Shown one piece after another: positions 63,994 through 64,000 of a DNA stretch of 64,000 bases. Both the position numbers and the translations under genes were made by a program. The notes beneath the pieces are model-generated. The model was not told the origin of the DNA and did not search any database. It worked only from the letters and a program-made list of their open reading frames with translations. Source of the DNA: Lingula anatina (Eukaryota; Animalia; Brachiopoda); assembly GCA_051362555.1 (NCBI GenBank), contig CM120643.1, positions 16,310,848 to 16,374,847 of the forward strand, read 5' to 3'. Position 1 is the first letter of the stretch. Each line of letters begins with the position of its first letter.

Positions 63994-64000
63994 CTGTATA

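Overview
AT-rich eukaryotic (animal, most likely lophotrochozoan/mollusc-like) genomic DNA with spliceosomal GT-AG introns. About 1-21 kb is a graveyard of nested transposons. It holds the right end of a large intron-containing DNA transposon with a spliced, stop-containing transposase-like gene that the ORF track misses. That element appears to cut a decayed DIRS (tyrosine-recombinase) retrotransposon, which is also split by a LINE. Academ-, EnSpm-, Helentron/HINE-, hAT- and Tc1-type elements and a tRNA-SINE head are also present. About 27-64 kb is ordinary gene space: a frameshifted intronless class-A GPCR (-), a head-to-head DHRS4 (-, 9 exons) / TK2-like deoxynucleoside kinase (+, 10 exons) pair, a second intronless-CDS GPCR (+) with an RFX X-box/CCAAT/TATA promoter, and the 3' part of an LDLa(>=5)-SRCR-serine protease (-) with a non-trypsin S1 pocket. 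Exon boundaries were read by eye and checked for frame continuity. Family assignments come from motif recognition, not database searches. No CRISPR, rRNA or intact tRNA was seen.
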